Positions 10,860 through 22,435 of a DNA stretch of 64,000 bases are shown piece by piece. The stretch's first letter is position 1, and every line of letters starts with the position of its first letter. The DNA is from an uncultured Methanoregulaceae archaeon (lineage in GTDB: Archaea > Halobacteriota > Methanomicrobia > Methanomicrobiales > Methanospirillaceae): NCBI GenBank assembly GCA_963705255.1, contig OY970061.1, positions 1 through 64,000 of the forward strand, in the 5' to 3' direction. The notes under the pieces were generated by a model that saw only the letters and a program-made list of their open reading frames with translations, was not told the origin of the DNA and did no database searches. The position numbers and the translations under genes are program-made.

Positions 10860-13811
10860 ATGGCTTCTTTTGTCCACCGGATAGAAGTTCATTATACAAA
10901 AGATCCCCGCCTGAAGACCCGCACGGACCGGATCCGCTCGCTCGGGTTCCAGATCGACGAGTTACATCTCGCGGACGTATATACGATAGAGACCGGTGCA
11001 CGGGACTTTACCCAGGATGAGCTTTTCAGGATCGGCTCCCAGCTCATCAACCCAGTTGTACAGGAGTTCAGGGTGGACGAAGCGACAAAGCCCCTGTTCG
11101 ATTACGCTATCGAAGTCGGCTTCCTGCCGGGCGTGACTGACAATGTAGGGAATACGGCAAAACAGACCATCGAGGATTATCTCCCGATGAAATTTTCGGA
11201 CGGTGAAGCGGTCTATAGTTCCCAGCTCTTTTTTGTCCGGGGGATACTTTCTGCTGAAGCCCTCCGGAGACTGGGGTCGACCCTCGCGAACCCTCTCGTA
11301 AACCGTGTGCTCATCAGGACCAGGCAGGAATATGGTGAGAAGGGCATGGACCCGGTCGTGCCGCATGTCCAGCTCCACGAGTTCCTGAATGCTGAACCAG
11401 TCGACCTTGAACTTGAGGATGCTGAACTGGCACGGCTCGGAAAAGAGGGAATTATGGATCGCCTGACACAACAACGCCGGGGCCCGCTCGCGCTGGACCT
11501 TCCCCAGCTCCATGCGATCCGTGACTATTTCAGGAAGAGCGGGCGAAAACCAACCGATGTGGAGCTCGAATCGCTGGCCCAGACCTGGAGCGAGCACTGC
11601 AAGCATACCATCTTCGCCTCCGCAATGGATGACGATGTCCCCAACGGGCTCTACAAAACGTACATCCAGGCGGTTACCAATGAGATCCGGAAGGAAAAAG
11701 GGGACAAGGACATATGCGTGACGGTCTTTACCGATAACTCGGGTGCGATAGTCTTCGATGACGAATATCTCGTGACCCACAAGGTCGAGACCCATAATTC
11801 CCCCTCTGCTCTCGACCCGTTTGGCGGAGCCCTCACAGGAATTGTCGGGGTGAACCGGGACACAATCGGTTTTGGCCTCGGGGCAAAGCCCTGTATCAAT
11901 GTCTATGGATACTGCGTAGGCGAGCCGGAGTCCGTCCCGTCCCTCTACCGGGGGAAGAACAGATCAAACCCGATCCTTTCCCCGCGTCAGATCCTTGACG
12001 GGGTTGTGAGGGGCGTGGGAACCGGTGGCAACTGCTCCGGCATTCCGACCCCGCAGGGATTCTGCTATTTCAACAACCGGTATACGGGCAAGCCGCTCGT
12101 ATTTGCCGGGACGGTCGGCGTGATGCCCCTCAGTAAAAACGGAAGAAAACTCTTCGAAAAACGGGCACAGCCCGGCGACCATATCGTGATGGTCGGAGGG
12201 CGGGTAGGCAAAGACGGCATCCACGGGGCCACATTCTCTTCCGAGGCGCTCGACCCGGCAAGCCCGGTCACCGCGGTGCAGATCGGCGATCCCATAACCC
12301 AGAAAAAATTCAGTGACGTCATCGTAAAAGAGGCCCGGGACCTCGGCCTCTACCGGAGCATAACGGACAACGGTGCGGGGGGCCTTTCCTGTTCGGTTGC
12401 CGAGATGGCAAAGGAATGCAACGGTTGCCATGTGCTCCTCGATACGGTGCCCCTCAAATATCCCGGTATGGCTCCCTGGGAGATCTGGATCTCTGAGTCG
12501 CAGGAACGGATGACCCTTGCCGTGCCGCCGGAAAACCTCGGTGCGTTCATGGAGCTGATGCAGCGGCGGGAAGTTGAGGCGACCGTGATCGGGGATTTCA
12601 CGGACTCGGGACGGTGCGTTGTCGAATACCATGGCAAAATTGTGATGGAGATCGAACTTGCATTCCTCCACGACGGACTGCCAAAGAAACACCTGAAGAC
12701 GACCTATACGCCGAAGACCTACCCCGAGCCGGATACACCCTGTCCCGAGCGCCTCGATGCTACTCTCCTTTCGATGCTCGGGAGAAAGAACATCTGTTCA
12801 AAGGAGTTCATCTCCCTCCAGTACGACCATACTGTCCAGGGCGGTCATGTACTCGGTCCGGTCCAAGGCAAAGGACGGGTGCAGTCAGTGGCATCACTGA
12901 CAAAAGTGATCCCCGGGTCGAAAAAAGGAGTAGGACTTTCCCAAGGGGTTTTTCCGTCGTATTCCGAGATCGACCCGTACCGCATGGCCGGGGCAGGGAT
13001 CGACACGGCCATACGGGACCTCGTCGCGCTCGGCATCCCTCCGGATGCGATCGCCATCCTCGACAACTTCTGCTGGTGCTCGTCGGATGACCCGGAACGC
13101 CTCGGGCAGCTGAAGCGGGCGGCAAAGGGGTGTTATGACTTTGCAAAAGCGTTCGGGACACCCTTCATCTCAGGGAAAGACAGCATGTTCAACGACTTTT
13201 CCGGTTTTGATGCGGACGACAACCCGGTCAGGGTCTCCGTGCTGCCGACGCTCCTCATCTCATCCATAGGAATCCACCCGGATATATCGAAAGCAGTCTC
13301 CATGGACGCAAAGATCGAAGGTGACCTTGTTTACGTAATCGGCCAGACTTCTGAGGAGCTGGGAGGTTCGGAGTATTTCTCCCATCTCGGAAGTATTGGC
13401 AACACCGTCCCGGGACTGGATGCCGGAGCGGCAAAAATCCAGTACGAAAAAGTCGCAGGCGCGATTGGACACGAGCTCATTGCCTCTGCCTTTCCCGTCA
13501 GTTACGGCGGACTGGGAGTAGCTCTCGCCAAGGTCGCTATTGCCGGACAGGTCGGGATGAACGTGACGATCCCCACCGGTATGCGCCCGGACTACTTCCT
13601 CTTCTCCGAATCGCTTGGCAGGTTCCTTGTTACCATCGCCCCGGACAACAAGAGGGCATTCGAGCGGGTCTTCACCATGGCTGAAGGTGATGCGGTGCTG
13701 CTCGGGAGGGTCGGTGGCACCCGGCTGCGGGTGACGGCCCGGAACCTCCTGATTGATGTGGATGTCGCAGAACTTGAAAAGGCGTACAAGTCGCCTTTCA
13801 GGGGGTACTGA
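10860..13811 (+). CDS. purL: Phosphoribosylformylglycinamidine synthase large subunit with N-terminal PurS-like domains
   Basis: QTWSEHCKH, KVETHNSPS, GRVGKDGIHGA, SESQERM and FISGKDS. Confidence 0.95.
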   Translation: MASFVHRIEVHYTKDPRLKTRTDRIRSLGFQIDELHLADVYTIETGARDFTQDELFRIGSQLINPVVQEFRVDEATKPLFDYAIEVGFLPGVTDNVGNTAKQTIEDYLPMKFSDGEAVYSSQLFFVRGILSAEALRRLGSTLANPLVNRVLIRTRQEYGEKGMDPVVPHVQLHEFLNAEPVDLELEDAELARLGKEGIMDRLTQQRRGPLALDLPQLHAIRDYFRKSGRKPTDVELESLAQTWSEHCKHTIFASAMDDDVPNGLYKTYIQAVTNEIRKEKGDKDICVTVFTDNSGAIVFDDEYLVTHKVETHNSPSALDPFGGALTGIVGVNRDTIGFGLGAKPCINVYGYCVGEPESVPSLYRGKNRSNPILSPRQILDGVVRGVGTGGNCSGIPTPQGFCYFNNRYTGKPLVFAGTVGVMPLSKNGRKLFEKRAQPGDHIVMVGGRVGKDGIHGATFSSEALDPASPVTAVQIGDPITQKKFSDVIVKEARDLGLYRSITDNGAGGLSCSVAEMAKECNGCHVLLDTVPLKYPGMAPWEIWISESQERMTLAVPPENLGAFMELMQRREVEATVIGDFTDSGRCVVEYHGKIVMEIELAFLHDGLPKKHLKTTYTPKTYPEPDTPCPERLDATLLSMLGRKNICSKEFISLQYDHTVQGGHVLGPVQGKGRVQSVASLTKVIPGSKKGVGLSQGVFPSYSEIDPYRMAGAGIDTAIRDLVALGIPPDAIAILDNFCWCSSDDPERLGQLKRAAKGCYDFAKAFGTPFISGKDSMFNDFSGFDADDNPVRVSVLPTLLISSIGIHPDISKAVSMDAKIEGDLVYVIGQTSEELGGSEYFSHLGSIGNTVPGLDAGAAKIQYEKVAGAIGHELIASAFPVSYGGLGVALAKVAIAGQVGMNVTIPTGMRPDYFLFSESLGRFLVTIAPDNKRAFERVFTMAEGDAVLLGRVGGTRLRVTARNLLIDVDVAELEKAYKSPFRGY

Positions 13812-13816
13812 GAACT

Positions 13817-14680
13817 ATGGCTGCATCACGCAGGAACCTGGAGCGGGCGAGAGCCAGACCTTCAGTCTCCGGAAGGAAAGAGATTCCCGAAAAAGCCCTC
13901 ATAATGAGCGGGTTCGGGATTAACTCCGAGATGGAAACCAAGGAAGCACTTGCCCGGGCCGGCATGGCATCCGATATCGTCCACATCAATGACCTGATTT
14001 CAGGAAGGCGGAAACTGTCGGAATACCGGCTGCTGGTCTTCCCGGGAGGATTTTCCTATGGCGACGATACCGGGGCAGGCAACGCATATGCGAACCGGGT
14101 CAGGAACAACCTCAAAGAAGACCTCATGGAGTTCCTGGACGGTGACAACCTTGTGCTCGGCATCTGCAACGGGTTCCAGATCCTTGCAAACCTCGGGCTT
14201 GTCCCCGCATTTGACAAAACCTATGCGCGGGATATTGCCCTGATGCCCAACAGGGGAGGGAGGCTGGAATGCCGGTTTGTCATCCTGAAACCGGCAGCTG
14301 ACAACCTGTGGACCTCCGGTATAGAACGGATCACCTGCCCGGTCGCCCACGGCGAAGGCAATTTCTCGTGTTCGAAAGAGACCCTGCAGAGGATCCGTAA
14401 ACAGAAGATGATCGCGTTCACGTACTGCCGGGAGGACCTGAGCCCCGCCGACGGGGAATATCCTTTCAATCCGAATGGATCGGTTGAGGACATTGCCGGT
14501 ATCACCTCATCGGATGGCAAGGTCCTTGGACTTATGCCACACCCTGAACGGGCAATGGAATTTACGAACCTCTATGACTGGCCGCTCCTGAAGGAGAGGA
14601 TGAAGCGGGAAAGTATACCACTCCCCGCTGAATCCGGAAATATGCAGGTATTCCGGAATGTAGTTGCGTATTTCCAATAA
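13817..14680 (+). CDS. purQ: FGAM synthase glutaminase subunit
   Basis: PGGFSYGD, LGICNGFQIL, AHGEG and GLMPHPER. Confidence 0.95.
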   Translation: MAASRRNLERARARPSVSGRKEIPEKALIMSGFGINSEMETKEALARAGMASDIVHINDLISGRRKLSEYRLLVFPGGFSYGDDTGAGNAYANRVRNNLKEDLMEFLDGDNLVLGICNGFQILANLGLVPAFDKTYARDIALMPNRGGRLECRFVILKPAADNLWTSGIERITCPVAHGEGNFSCSKETLQRIRKQKMIAFTYCREDLSPADGEYPFNPNGSVEDIAGITSSDGKVLGLMPHPERAMEFTNLYDWPLLKERMKRESIPLPAESGNMQVFRNVVAYFQ

Positions 14681-15140
14681 CCGCTCGCCGGGAGGCGACG
14701 GCAAAACCCCTCAATGATATCTTTTCGATCGCTCCGGTGAGTGCCGGATGATCTTCACGCCCTCTGGATGACAGGTCAGGGACCCGACCCGTGTCGTACA
14801 TGCCGTGAAACCGCAGTCCCGCCAATCTCTTCAGAAAAGGTAAAAAAGTGTGTCGGGATTACCCATCCATACACTCTGGAGGGTGGACATTTCTGGTGTT
14901 TGTTGTGCGGTTGTTTCCGCAACCGGGTTTTTACTTCTTAGTGCTTCTTGTGTTCTGCTGTTCTTATGGCTGTGCTCTTCAATACCCGTGCCCGTGAGCA
15001 CCGGTATTTGTAAAGTATATTTAACATTTTGTATTATATACTTTCTGATGCTGCCGGGTCTCCCTGAACCTGTGAGGGGGCAGAAGCGATAGCATAAACA
15101 CCTACTAAATAATTATTCCTACCAACAGACTGGGAGAAAC

Positions 15141-15536
15141 ATGGCTAAGGACCAGGACTGCCTGCAGTGCGGAAGATGCTGTGAGAAGTGGGGGTGGGGG
15201 CAGAACGGGATCCCCGGGGATCTGGCCCCGTGGATTGCCAACCGCCGTACTGACATCCTGCAGCACGTCTCAGTCCGTTTTGCTGACGGGAGACGGGCGA
15301 ACGGTACGGAACTATCCGCATCTGATCTGCCCGCTATATCCAAAATCCGTTACTGGGTGGGGCCGGGTGGCAGGATGCTCGATCACTGCCCGTTTTTTTT
15401 GAAGGGCGATGACGGGAAGGCCTGGTGCGGGATTCATGATACCAAGCCGGCTGTCTGCGTGGGATTTGCCCCGTGGGCTGATATCTGGCACGATTACGCG
15501 CTGGACTGCCCGGCATGCCGGGATACTGCGCCATGA
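15141..15536 (+). CDS. YkgJ-family cysteine-cluster protein
   Basis: CxxCGx[17 protein letters not shown]. Confidence 0.8.
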   Translation: MAKDQDCLQCGRCCEKWGWGQNGIPGDLAPWIANRRTDILQHVSVRFADGRRANGTELSASDLPAISKIRYWVGPGGRMLDHCPFFLKGDDGKAWCGIHDTKPAVCVGFAPWADIWHDYALDCPACRDTAP

Positions 15537-15666
15537 CCGGGACGAAGGAAGAATTTTCGTAGAAGTGACAATTCCTCCTTCTATCCGGCATTCCCCGTCT
15601 TTTATTACGGCCCGGGCGGGGCACCGGCCGGAAGTTAAAGATGAAGCAGAACACATCTTAGTGCCA

Positions 15667-16224
15667 ATGATTCTCGTGGACTGGCAGCTCCTCGATCGCA
15701 TTACGAGGGGCCATATCAAGATCGATCCCTACGATGAAAAACTCGTACAGCCGAACTCGGTGGACATCCGGCTTGGCAGCCACTTTGTCTGGTACCGGCC
15801 CGGCAACGAAGTCATCGACCCGTACAACCAGATCAGCGTGACAAGTGACGTCGAAGAGGCGCACGCTGACTCTTTTGTCCTGAACCCGGGACAGTTCATC
15901 CTCGCCGAAACGCTGGAACGCATTGAACTGCCTGATAACATTGTCGCTACTATCGAAGGCAAATCGAGTATCGCACGCCTTGGCGTCACGCTCCACCAGA
16001 CCGGCGGCTGGATCGATGCCGGCTTCCGTGGGACGATCACGCTGGAGATGTGCAACGTAAACTCCCGCCCGGTCAGGATCTATGCAGGAATGCCAATCGG
16101 GCAGCTTGTCTTTTATACAACCGAGCGTGCACAGAACCCCTATTACAAAAAACACGATGCAAAGTACCTGGACCAGCGTCAGGCAACGCTCTCGCGGTAC
16201 CACGCGAACCGGAAGCGGGAATGA
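15667..16224 (+). CDS. dcd: dCTP deaminase
   Basis: [20 protein letters not shown] and [12 protein letters not shown]. Confidence 0.95.
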   Translation: MILVDWQLLDRITRGHIKIDPYDEKLVQPNSVDIRLGSHFVWYRPGNEVIDPYNQISVTSDVEEAHADSFVLNPGQFILAETLERIELPDNIVATIEGKSSIARLGVTLHQTGGWIDAGFRGTITLEMCNVNSRPVRIYAGMPIGQLVFYTTERAQNPYYKKHDAKYLDQRQATLSRYHANRKRE

Positions 16225-16254
16225 CGTAAAATAATGGGATATTTTAAAAAAATT

Positions 16255-16530
16255 TTTGATGGGGGTTCCGACCCCATACCCCTTGTGATAGGTGCCGCCG
16301 CTTCGAAGAACCTGATGGTTCTTCTTGAATCAGTCCTCTCAGATGCGACGACAGATTCCCCACCGGGCGCCCCCGCGGCGACCTCAATTACCGGAAATCC
16401 TAGAGACGGAACTTGCCCCGACGTGCAGCGAAGAACTCTGACGAGTTCTTCTCGAATTCGTGGTTCAGACGAACCACTCATTCCTCGGAGAGGCCCTGAG
16501 GCGGGGAGCCCTCCACATTCTGGTTTTTAT
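16255..16530 (-). mobile_element. MITE-like repeat, family B copy 2, carrying hairpin modules
   Basis: Reverse-complement homology to 6190-6400 plus extra GAAGAAC..GTTCTTC hairpins at 16305-16324 and 16430-16451; boundaries approximate. Confidence 0.6.
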
Positions 16531-16650
16531 GTTCTTTCCACCCGTGAAACTCCCATTCATTCCTGCTCCCCCGGCATTCCAGATTACTCACTATATATAC
16601 CGGAAAAACCCATTTTATACGGATGATCCAACCGGACCGGAGATGAATTA

Positions 16651-18486
16651 ATGCGACTTCTTCTCATTCATTCAGATTACATAGAATACGAAGCAAAAAA
16701 GAAGACAAAAATGGCTGAGGAGTGTTCTGTCCCGACGGACAGGATGGAAGATGCACTCACCGTTTTCTGCGCCGTGGAATCGATAGATGAGGAAGATCTC
16801 GAAGGCGTGATCCTTCAGGCCGCCGGGGAAATTATTAAGACTGCCGGTCAGGTCAGAACGGATAAGATTCTGTTGTACCCATACGCCCACCTGTCAAGCG
16901 ACCTTGCTTCACCCGAAACCGCAATCAAGGTTCTTAACGATCTTCAGATGGGACTGGTGGAAGACGGATTCACGGTCAAGCGCGCCCCGTTCGGGTGGTA
17001 CAAGTCTTTCAAGCTTTCCTGTAAAGGCCACCCGCTCTCTGAACTTTCCAAGACTATCGTGCCCGGCGAGGAAGGGGCGGCGAAGAAAGAGAAAAAGGAA
17101 GTTACCCACAACTGGTTCGTCCTGACCCCGGACGGAAAACAGCACGATTACAAGGAGTATCTTGACGATTCCCCGTTCGGCTGCCTGGTGAAAAAGGAGC
17201 TGGGTATTGCCGTCCCGGTTGGCGGAGAACCGGCCCATGTCGGGCTGATGCGCAGCAAGGAACTCGTGGATTACGAACCTGCCAGCGATGTGGGATGCCT
17301 CCGCTGGATGCCAAAGGGCAAGCTGATCCGTGACCTGCTCGCCGATTATGTGCTCCGCATGGTGCTCGAGTATGGCGGCACGCCGGTCGAGACCCCGGTC
17401 ATGTACGACCTTGGCGACAGGGCAATCTTCGAGCATGCCGAAAAGTTTGGCGAGCGCCAGTACCGGTTCAAGTCCAACAACCGGAACATGATGCTGCGGT
17501 TCGCCGCCTGCTTCGGCATGTTCTCTATCATGCGGGACATGCACATATCTCCCAATAACCTCCCGATGAAGATGTACGAGCTCTCCACCTACTCGTTCCG
17601 GCACGAACAGAAGGGGGAGGTCATCGGGCTCAAGCGCCTGCGTGCATTCACGATGCCCGATATGCACTCGCTCTGTACCGACATGCCCGAGGCACTGAAG
17701 TGCTTTGAGGAGCAGCTCGCCATGGGTTGGCAGACCGGCCGGGACTTCGAGACCGAACTTGTAGCTGCGTTCCGGTGCACAAAAGACTTTTATGCCCAGC
17801 ATGAAGCGTGGGTCAAGAAGATCGCGAAGGAGTCCGGCTGCCCGATGCTCATCGAGATCCTCTCTGACAGGGTTCATTACTGGGTGGCGAAGATCGACCT
17901 CGCGGCCATTGACGGCCAGCTCCGCCCGATCGAGAACCCGACTGTCCAAATCGATGTCGAGAGTTCGACCCGGTTCAACATCAAGTACCACAAGGAGGAT
18001 GGCACACCGGTCCACCCGCCGATTCTCCACTGCTCGCCAACGGGCAGTGTCGAGCGTGTCATCTGTGCCATTCTCGAGAACATCTCTACCCGGCAGGTCC
18101 CTGCCCTCCCGACATGGCTTTCTCCCGTTCAGGTCCGGGTCGTACCGGTTGCCGAGCGCCACCTGCCGTATGCCGAAGAGGTCTGCAATGCGATCAACGC
18201 AGCCCAGATCCGCTGCGATGTCGATGACCGCGAAGAGAGCGTGGGCAAGAAAGTCCGCGAGGCAGGTATGGACTGGGTTCCCTACGTTATCGTTGTCGGG
18301 GACGAGGAAGTTGCCAGCAAAAAACTGACCGTAACCATCCGGAAAAAATCACAGCCCAATAAACCGTTCAGGGACCAGATGACTGTCGAGACCCTCGTGA
18401 CCTCGGTCAAGGTGGACACGGACGGCAAGCCATTCCGCCCGCTCTACACGCCCCGGAAGCTCTCGATGAAGGCCCGGTATATCTGA
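16651..18486 (+). CDS. thrS: Threonine--tRNA ligase (archaeal type)
   Basis: [10 protein letters not shown] archaeal editing domain, [17 protein letters not shown] and [10 protein letters not shown]. Confidence 0.97.
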   Translation: MRLLLIHSDYIEYEAKKKTKMAEECSVPTDRMEDALTVFCAVESIDEEDLEGVILQAAGEIIKTAGQVRTDKILLYPYAHLSSDLASPETAIKVLNDLQMGLVEDGFTVKRAPFGWYKSFKLSCKGHPLSELSKTIVPGEEGAAKKEKKEVTHNWFVLTPDGKQHDYKEYLDDSPFGCLVKKELGIAVPVGGEPAHVGLMRSKELVDYEPASDVGCLRWMPKGKLIRDLLADYVLRMVLEYGGTPVETPVMYDLGDRAIFEHAEKFGERQYRFKSNNRNMMLRFAACFGMFSIMRDMHISPNNLPMKMYELSTYSFRHEQKGEVIGLKRLRAFTMPDMHSLCTDMPEALKCFEEQLAMGWQTGRDFETELVAAFRCTKDFYAQHEAWVKKIAKESGCPMLIEILSDRVHYWVAKIDLAAIDGQLRPIENPTVQIDVESSTRFNIKYHKEDGTPVHPPILHCSPTGSVERVICAILENISTRQVPALPTWLSPVQVRVVPVAERHLPYAEEVCNAINAAQIRCDVDDREESVGKKVREAGMDWVPYVIVVGDEEVASKKLTVTIRKKSQPNKPFRDQMTVETLVTSVKVDTDGKPFRPLYTPRKLSMKARYI

Positions 18487-18505
18487 ACTTTTTTTTACTT
18501 TTTTT

Positions 18506-18760
18506 GGCTCTATTGAAATTCTCAAAGAAACAAACAGTCGCTCTTGGGGGCTTCAGCACTTTATGCTTCCGCCCCCGCCGCTCGGGCATCCCCCATGATG
18601 CGATAGTCACTCAGAAGGTTGGAGAGAAATTCTCGATAAACGGGGGTCAAGGGGATGCTCCCCTTGGGATGCCTCCCCCTCTGGGGGAGAGAGGGGGTCA
18701 CTCTCCTAACCGCAGCAGAGTATAAACAAATGATCAGAAAAATAGGGTTTCAACAAAGTC
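18506..18760 (+). mobile_element. MITE, family A copy 1 (255 bp, minimal form)
   Basis: Imperfect TIRs GGCTCTATTGAAAT / GTTTCAACAAAGTC; T7 tract on both flanks; collinear with 43549-43928 and 48067-48700. Confidence 0.75.
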
Positions 18761-18896
18761 TTTTTTTGGAAGATTTTGATGGATCCCTAATACGGTCCGG
18801 AACGGGGGGACCGGGCCTGTAACCGGAGGCAAGAATCGTCATTTCATAGTGACAACACGCAAAACAACTGTCCACGATAGGTACCGGCGACCCTGT

Positions 18897-19934
18897 TCAG
18901 TCATTCTTCACATTATTATTTTTGGCCCGGTATCCTTCCTTTGGCACCAGCATATCGAACCGCGCCCCTTTCCCGTGTTTGCCGGTCTCTTTGATGCTGA
19001 TCCCGGTCAGGGTCAGGATCTCGCGGATTAAGAACAGACCAAGACCGGTATTTTTTCCCCGGCCTTTGATAAAAATCTCTTCTTTCTCCTTTGCGGTTAT
19101 ACCTATGCCGTCATCCTCATACGTGATCACAAGACCATCTGCCTGCTCCTCACAGGAGTAATGGATTGCCGAGATGGGCCTGCCGTGCCGGAACGAATTA
19201 TCCATAAGGTTGTAGAAGACCTTGACCAGCAGGGGGTCAGCAAAGACCTCCCTGCCATAACACCCCTTGCAGACGGGGGTAACAACATCCGGGGGGAGCA
19301 TAGACACGGCATGCCGGATCGTGGCTTCCAGATCCTGCCAGACGGGTTTCTGGATACCGAGGTTCTGGTAGTCCTCAGTAAAGTTGACCTGGTCCCGGAT
19401 TGAGGTGAGGATCAATTGCTGTTTTGCGCAATACCCAAGAATTTTTTTATCGGACGAATTTGCCTTTATGATCTCTACGTACCCTGAGAGCGCTGCCACC
19501 TTGTTGAGAAGGTCATGACGGGTGACATCGACGAAAAGATCCAGTTTTCGCCTCTCCTGGTGCTTGCGTACGGCAAACCGTATCTTATGGGAGAGTTCGA
19601 GGAACTGTTCTTCAGGGTCCGGGTGTTTTTTGAGATAATATGCGGCGCCTGCGTTGAATGCCTCGATCACAACATGTTCCGGTCCGCTGCCCGTCAGCAT
19701 GATGAACGGGGTTGGATCACCTTCTGCTTTCAGTTTTTTCAAAAGATCAAGACCGGTCATCACCGGCATATCGTAATCCGACACAACGGCATCATATTTT
19801 TTCGATGACAGGAGATCCAGCGCAGCATGAGCTGACGGGCAGATCTCAACGGAAAAGGAACCGGTCTTTTCGAGATACTCCTTTGCAGTTTCAAGGTGGT
19901 CTGTTTCGTCATCGATAAGAAGAACCGAAATCAT
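18897..19934 (-). CDS. Hybrid response regulator-histidine kinase
   Basis: REC domain (LLIDD, VSDYDMP), H-box TRHDLLN, HATPase (NLMDNS, EDDGIGI, GLGL). Confidence 0.9.
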   Translation of the reverse strand: MISVLLIDDETDHLETAKEYLEKTGSFSVEICPSAHAALDLLSSKKYDAVVSDYDMPVMTGLDLLKKLKAEGDPTPFIMLTGSGPEHVVIEAFNAGAAYYLKKHPDPEEQFLELSHKIRFAVRKHQERRKLDLFVDVTRHDLLNKVAALSGYVEIIKANSSDKKILGYCAKQQLILTSIRDQVNFTEDYQNLGIQKPVWQDLEATIRHAVSMLPPDVVTPVCKGCYGREVFADPLLVKVFYNLMDNSFRHGRPISAIHYSCEEQADGLVITYEDDGIGITAKEKEEIFIKGRGKNTGLGLFLIREILTLTGISIKETGKHGKGARFDMLVPKEGYRAKNNNVKND

Positions 19935-20133
19935 GAGTCTATCACGGGGCCTTGAAAACCTTCAGGCATTCGAACAATACCAATAATTTCATTTATCTAT
20001 ATTTAATTATTGCGTTATTGTAAAAACTTCAATTTTCAGGTTTTACTTAAAATTTTCCATTTGAAATTGGAATTTCGAACCTGGCAAGGGTTGTAAGCCG
20101 CGTCATATAATTTTGTACGCGGGTTGCCGGATG

Positions 20134-20499
20134 TTATGTCAGATAGAGCTCGATGCCCGCCCTGAGCTCAGAAAATGAGATGGGCTTGGTGAGTACACCC
20201 AGTTTTGGATCGCGGACTGTTTTCATCTTCTCTTCGATGTCAGGTGAAGCAGAGAAGATGATGACGGGAATGTCCCTCATGGCATAATCCCCGCGAAGCT
20301 TTTCAAGGAACTCCCAGCCATCGATGGGTTCCATCATGATGTCCAGCAGGATGAGTGACGGCGGATCCTTCCTGGTGGCATCGAGGGCATCGGGCCCGTT
20401 GGCGATCAGGACCGGTTCATAACCGAGTTTCCGGATGAGAATGTCCATGAGCTCGAGAATCGGCGGGTCATCTTCCACAATAAGAATTTTACGTGTCAC
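20134..20499 (-). CDS. Single-domain response regulator
   Basis: ILIVEDD, LLDIMM, TKP. Confidence 0.9.
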   Translation of the reverse strand: MTRKILIVEDDPPILELMDILIRKLGYEPVLIANGPDALDATRKDPPSLILLDIMMEPIDGWEFLEKLRGDYAMRDIPVIIFSASPDIEEKMKTVRDPKLGVLTKPISFSELRAGIELYLT

Positions 20500-22288
20500 T
20501 GGAATACCCTGATTTTTTTTGCTTGGGAAGGTGGATGGTAAACGTCCTCCCGAGGTTCACAATCGAATCAACACTGATAAACCCCCCGTGCATCTGGATA
20601 TATTTTTTTGCGATCGAGAGCGAGAGACCGATACGGTCGTATTTCCGGCTCACATTAGTCGAGTCCGGGAGCTGGAACGGCTCAAAGATCTCGTCAAGCT
20701 GCGTGTCGGTGATACCGATTCCGTTGTCCCGGATGGAGAGACGGTGCATGGTTTCATGGGGTGCCGACTGGTACGCTATCCGGATTTTGCGGGGGGGTTT
20801 GGAATAGTTGACCGCGTTTGAGAGCATCGAATCGATCACAACGGATATCTTGTTCTCGTCGGCATCGAAGGTCAGATCTGCCGGTACGTCAATAGTCAGG
20901 TCTGCTTTCGTCAGGTATCCCCCGGCATCGATAATGGTTTTGATCATCTCAGGTACCGGGAAGACGGAATATTTCAAGGGGATCTTACCGGAATCCAGCA
21001 CTGAAAGTTCCAGCATCTGGTTGATGATCTGGCGCTCCCTGTCCACGTTCTTGGCACACCTGTCGAGGATGGTCCGGGTCTCATCCGTGACCCCGTAGGT
21101 CTTAGGGTCCTGTGTCAGGAGAGAGAGATAGCCCATGATCGGCTGCAGTGGCGTCCGGAGCTCGTGTGCCACCGTGCTGAGGATCCCCCGGCGGCGCTCG
21201 TTGTCCTGCTGGATCGTTGCCTTCAGCCGCTCGTATTCCGTGATATCCACCAGGTTTATGAGGACCGCGGGGTTTCCTTTCTGCTTGATCCTGGTAAAGA
21301 AGAGCGTGGCAAGCCGTATCTCGCCGTTCTTTGTGACGAACCGTAGTTCGGTCATACCGGGAAGGGGCAGCCGGGAATCCGGCGTATCGGAAAAAAGAGG
21401 GAACCTGCTCTGGTCTTCCGGATGGAGGAACTGGAGCAGTTCTTTCCCGGTCAGTTCATCCGGCTCGTAGCCGGTGAATGCCCTGAATGTCGGGTTTGCA
21501 AATACGATCTTATTCGCCCTGAGGATGAGAATGCAGGTCGGGGCGTTCTCCGTCACCTGTTTGTACTGGAGATAATTTTCTTCAGCAGCCTGCTCGGCAA
21601 GTTTCCGCTGGTTGATATCGATGACCGAGCAGCTGACCAGGTTTCCGGTAATCCGGCTCCATGACAGGTTGACCCAGACAGGTTCCCCGTTTTTTTGTGC
21701 AAAGCGTATCTCGAAATTGGTTATATCTTCGTGGGAACCGAGATACTCAAAGAACCTGCGCTGCCCTTCCTTGTCATGGAAGAGCTCGGAAAAGCCCATG
21801 CTGGTAATCTCCTTCTCTGAATAGCCGATCAGCCGCGCAAGATTGGAATTGGCAAGCCTGATGGAGAAGGTGTTCTGGTCGAAGAGGACGATGCCCAGAA
21901 GGGATGTCTCGAAGATGCTGCGGTAGCGCGATTCGCTGCTGTTCACTTTTTCGGTAAAGTACGCCACGAGGGCAGCGACGCAGACAAAGAGAACTGCCTG
22001 CCCGGTGGTGTAGATAAGCCCCCCGGTATCCGGGAAGACATACGCGTAAGCGAGGACCTCGTACACGACTGCGCAGAAACCGGCAAGGTAAAGACCACGT
22101 CTCGGGTAGAAATAGGTAGCGTAGAGGATCGGGAAATAGAAGAGCTGGGCATAGATCGTCTCTACATGCCGGGCCAGGGAAAGCGAGGTGATGAAAATGG
22201 AGGAGATGGTGAGGGAGGTGATGACTACAAGGCGGACAATATCGGTATGTGATACCTGATACCTCCGCATTTGTACGTACCGATCCAT
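20489..22288 (-). CDS. Membrane PAS-domain sensor histidine kinase
   Basis: Four N-terminal TMs, two PAS domains, AHELRTPL and HATPase. Confidence 0.9.
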   Translation of the reverse strand: MDRYVQMRRYQVSHTDIVRLVVITSLTISSIFITSLSLARHVETIYAQLFYFPILYATYFYPRRGLYLAGFCAVVYEVLAYAYVFPDTGGLIYTTGQAVLFVCVAALVAYFTEKVNSSESRYRSIFETSLLGIVLFDQNTFSIRLANSNLARLIGYSEKEITSMGFSELFHDKEGQRRFFEYLGSHEDITNFEIRFAQKNGEPVWVNLSWSRITGNLVSCSVIDINQRKLAEQAAEENYLQYKQVTENAPTCILILRANKIVFANPTFRAFTGYEPDELTGKELLQFLHPEDQSRFPLFSDTPDSRLPLPGMTELRFVTKNGEIRLATLFFTRIKQKGNPAVLINLVDITEYERLKATIQQDNERRRGILSTVAHELRTPLQPIMGYLSLLTQDPKTYGVTDETRTILDRCAKNVDRERQIINQMLELSVLDSGKIPLKYSVFPVPEMIKTIIDAGGYLTKADLTIDVPADLTFDADENKISVVIDSMLSNAVNYSKPPRKIRIAYQSAPHETMHRLSIRDNGIGITDTQLDEIFEPFQLPDSTNVSRKYDRIGLSLSIAKKYIQMHGGFISVDSIVNLGRTFTIHLPKQKKSGYSSDT

Positions 22289-22435
22289 GGCTATAGTCGT
22301 AGTTCAGTGTATGAGTTTATAAATCTAGTATTTCCGGTTCCCGCACAAGGGAATGGATCCTGTCTTGACCGGGTTACGAACCCGGATTGAGGTTTTCGGA
22401 CCCAGCCGGTTTACCGGAACACCCGGCAGGCAGGT

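Noticed and set aside
14700-15120. Small ORFs or ncRNA between purQ and the YkgJ-like gene
   Set aside because: Short overlapping ORFs without motifs, and no convincing structure or repeat
16234-16626. ORFs within repeat elements (also 6143-6403, 18504-18725, 24801-25187, 48388-48647)
   Set aside because: Frames are not conserved between element copies and no transposase motifs are present
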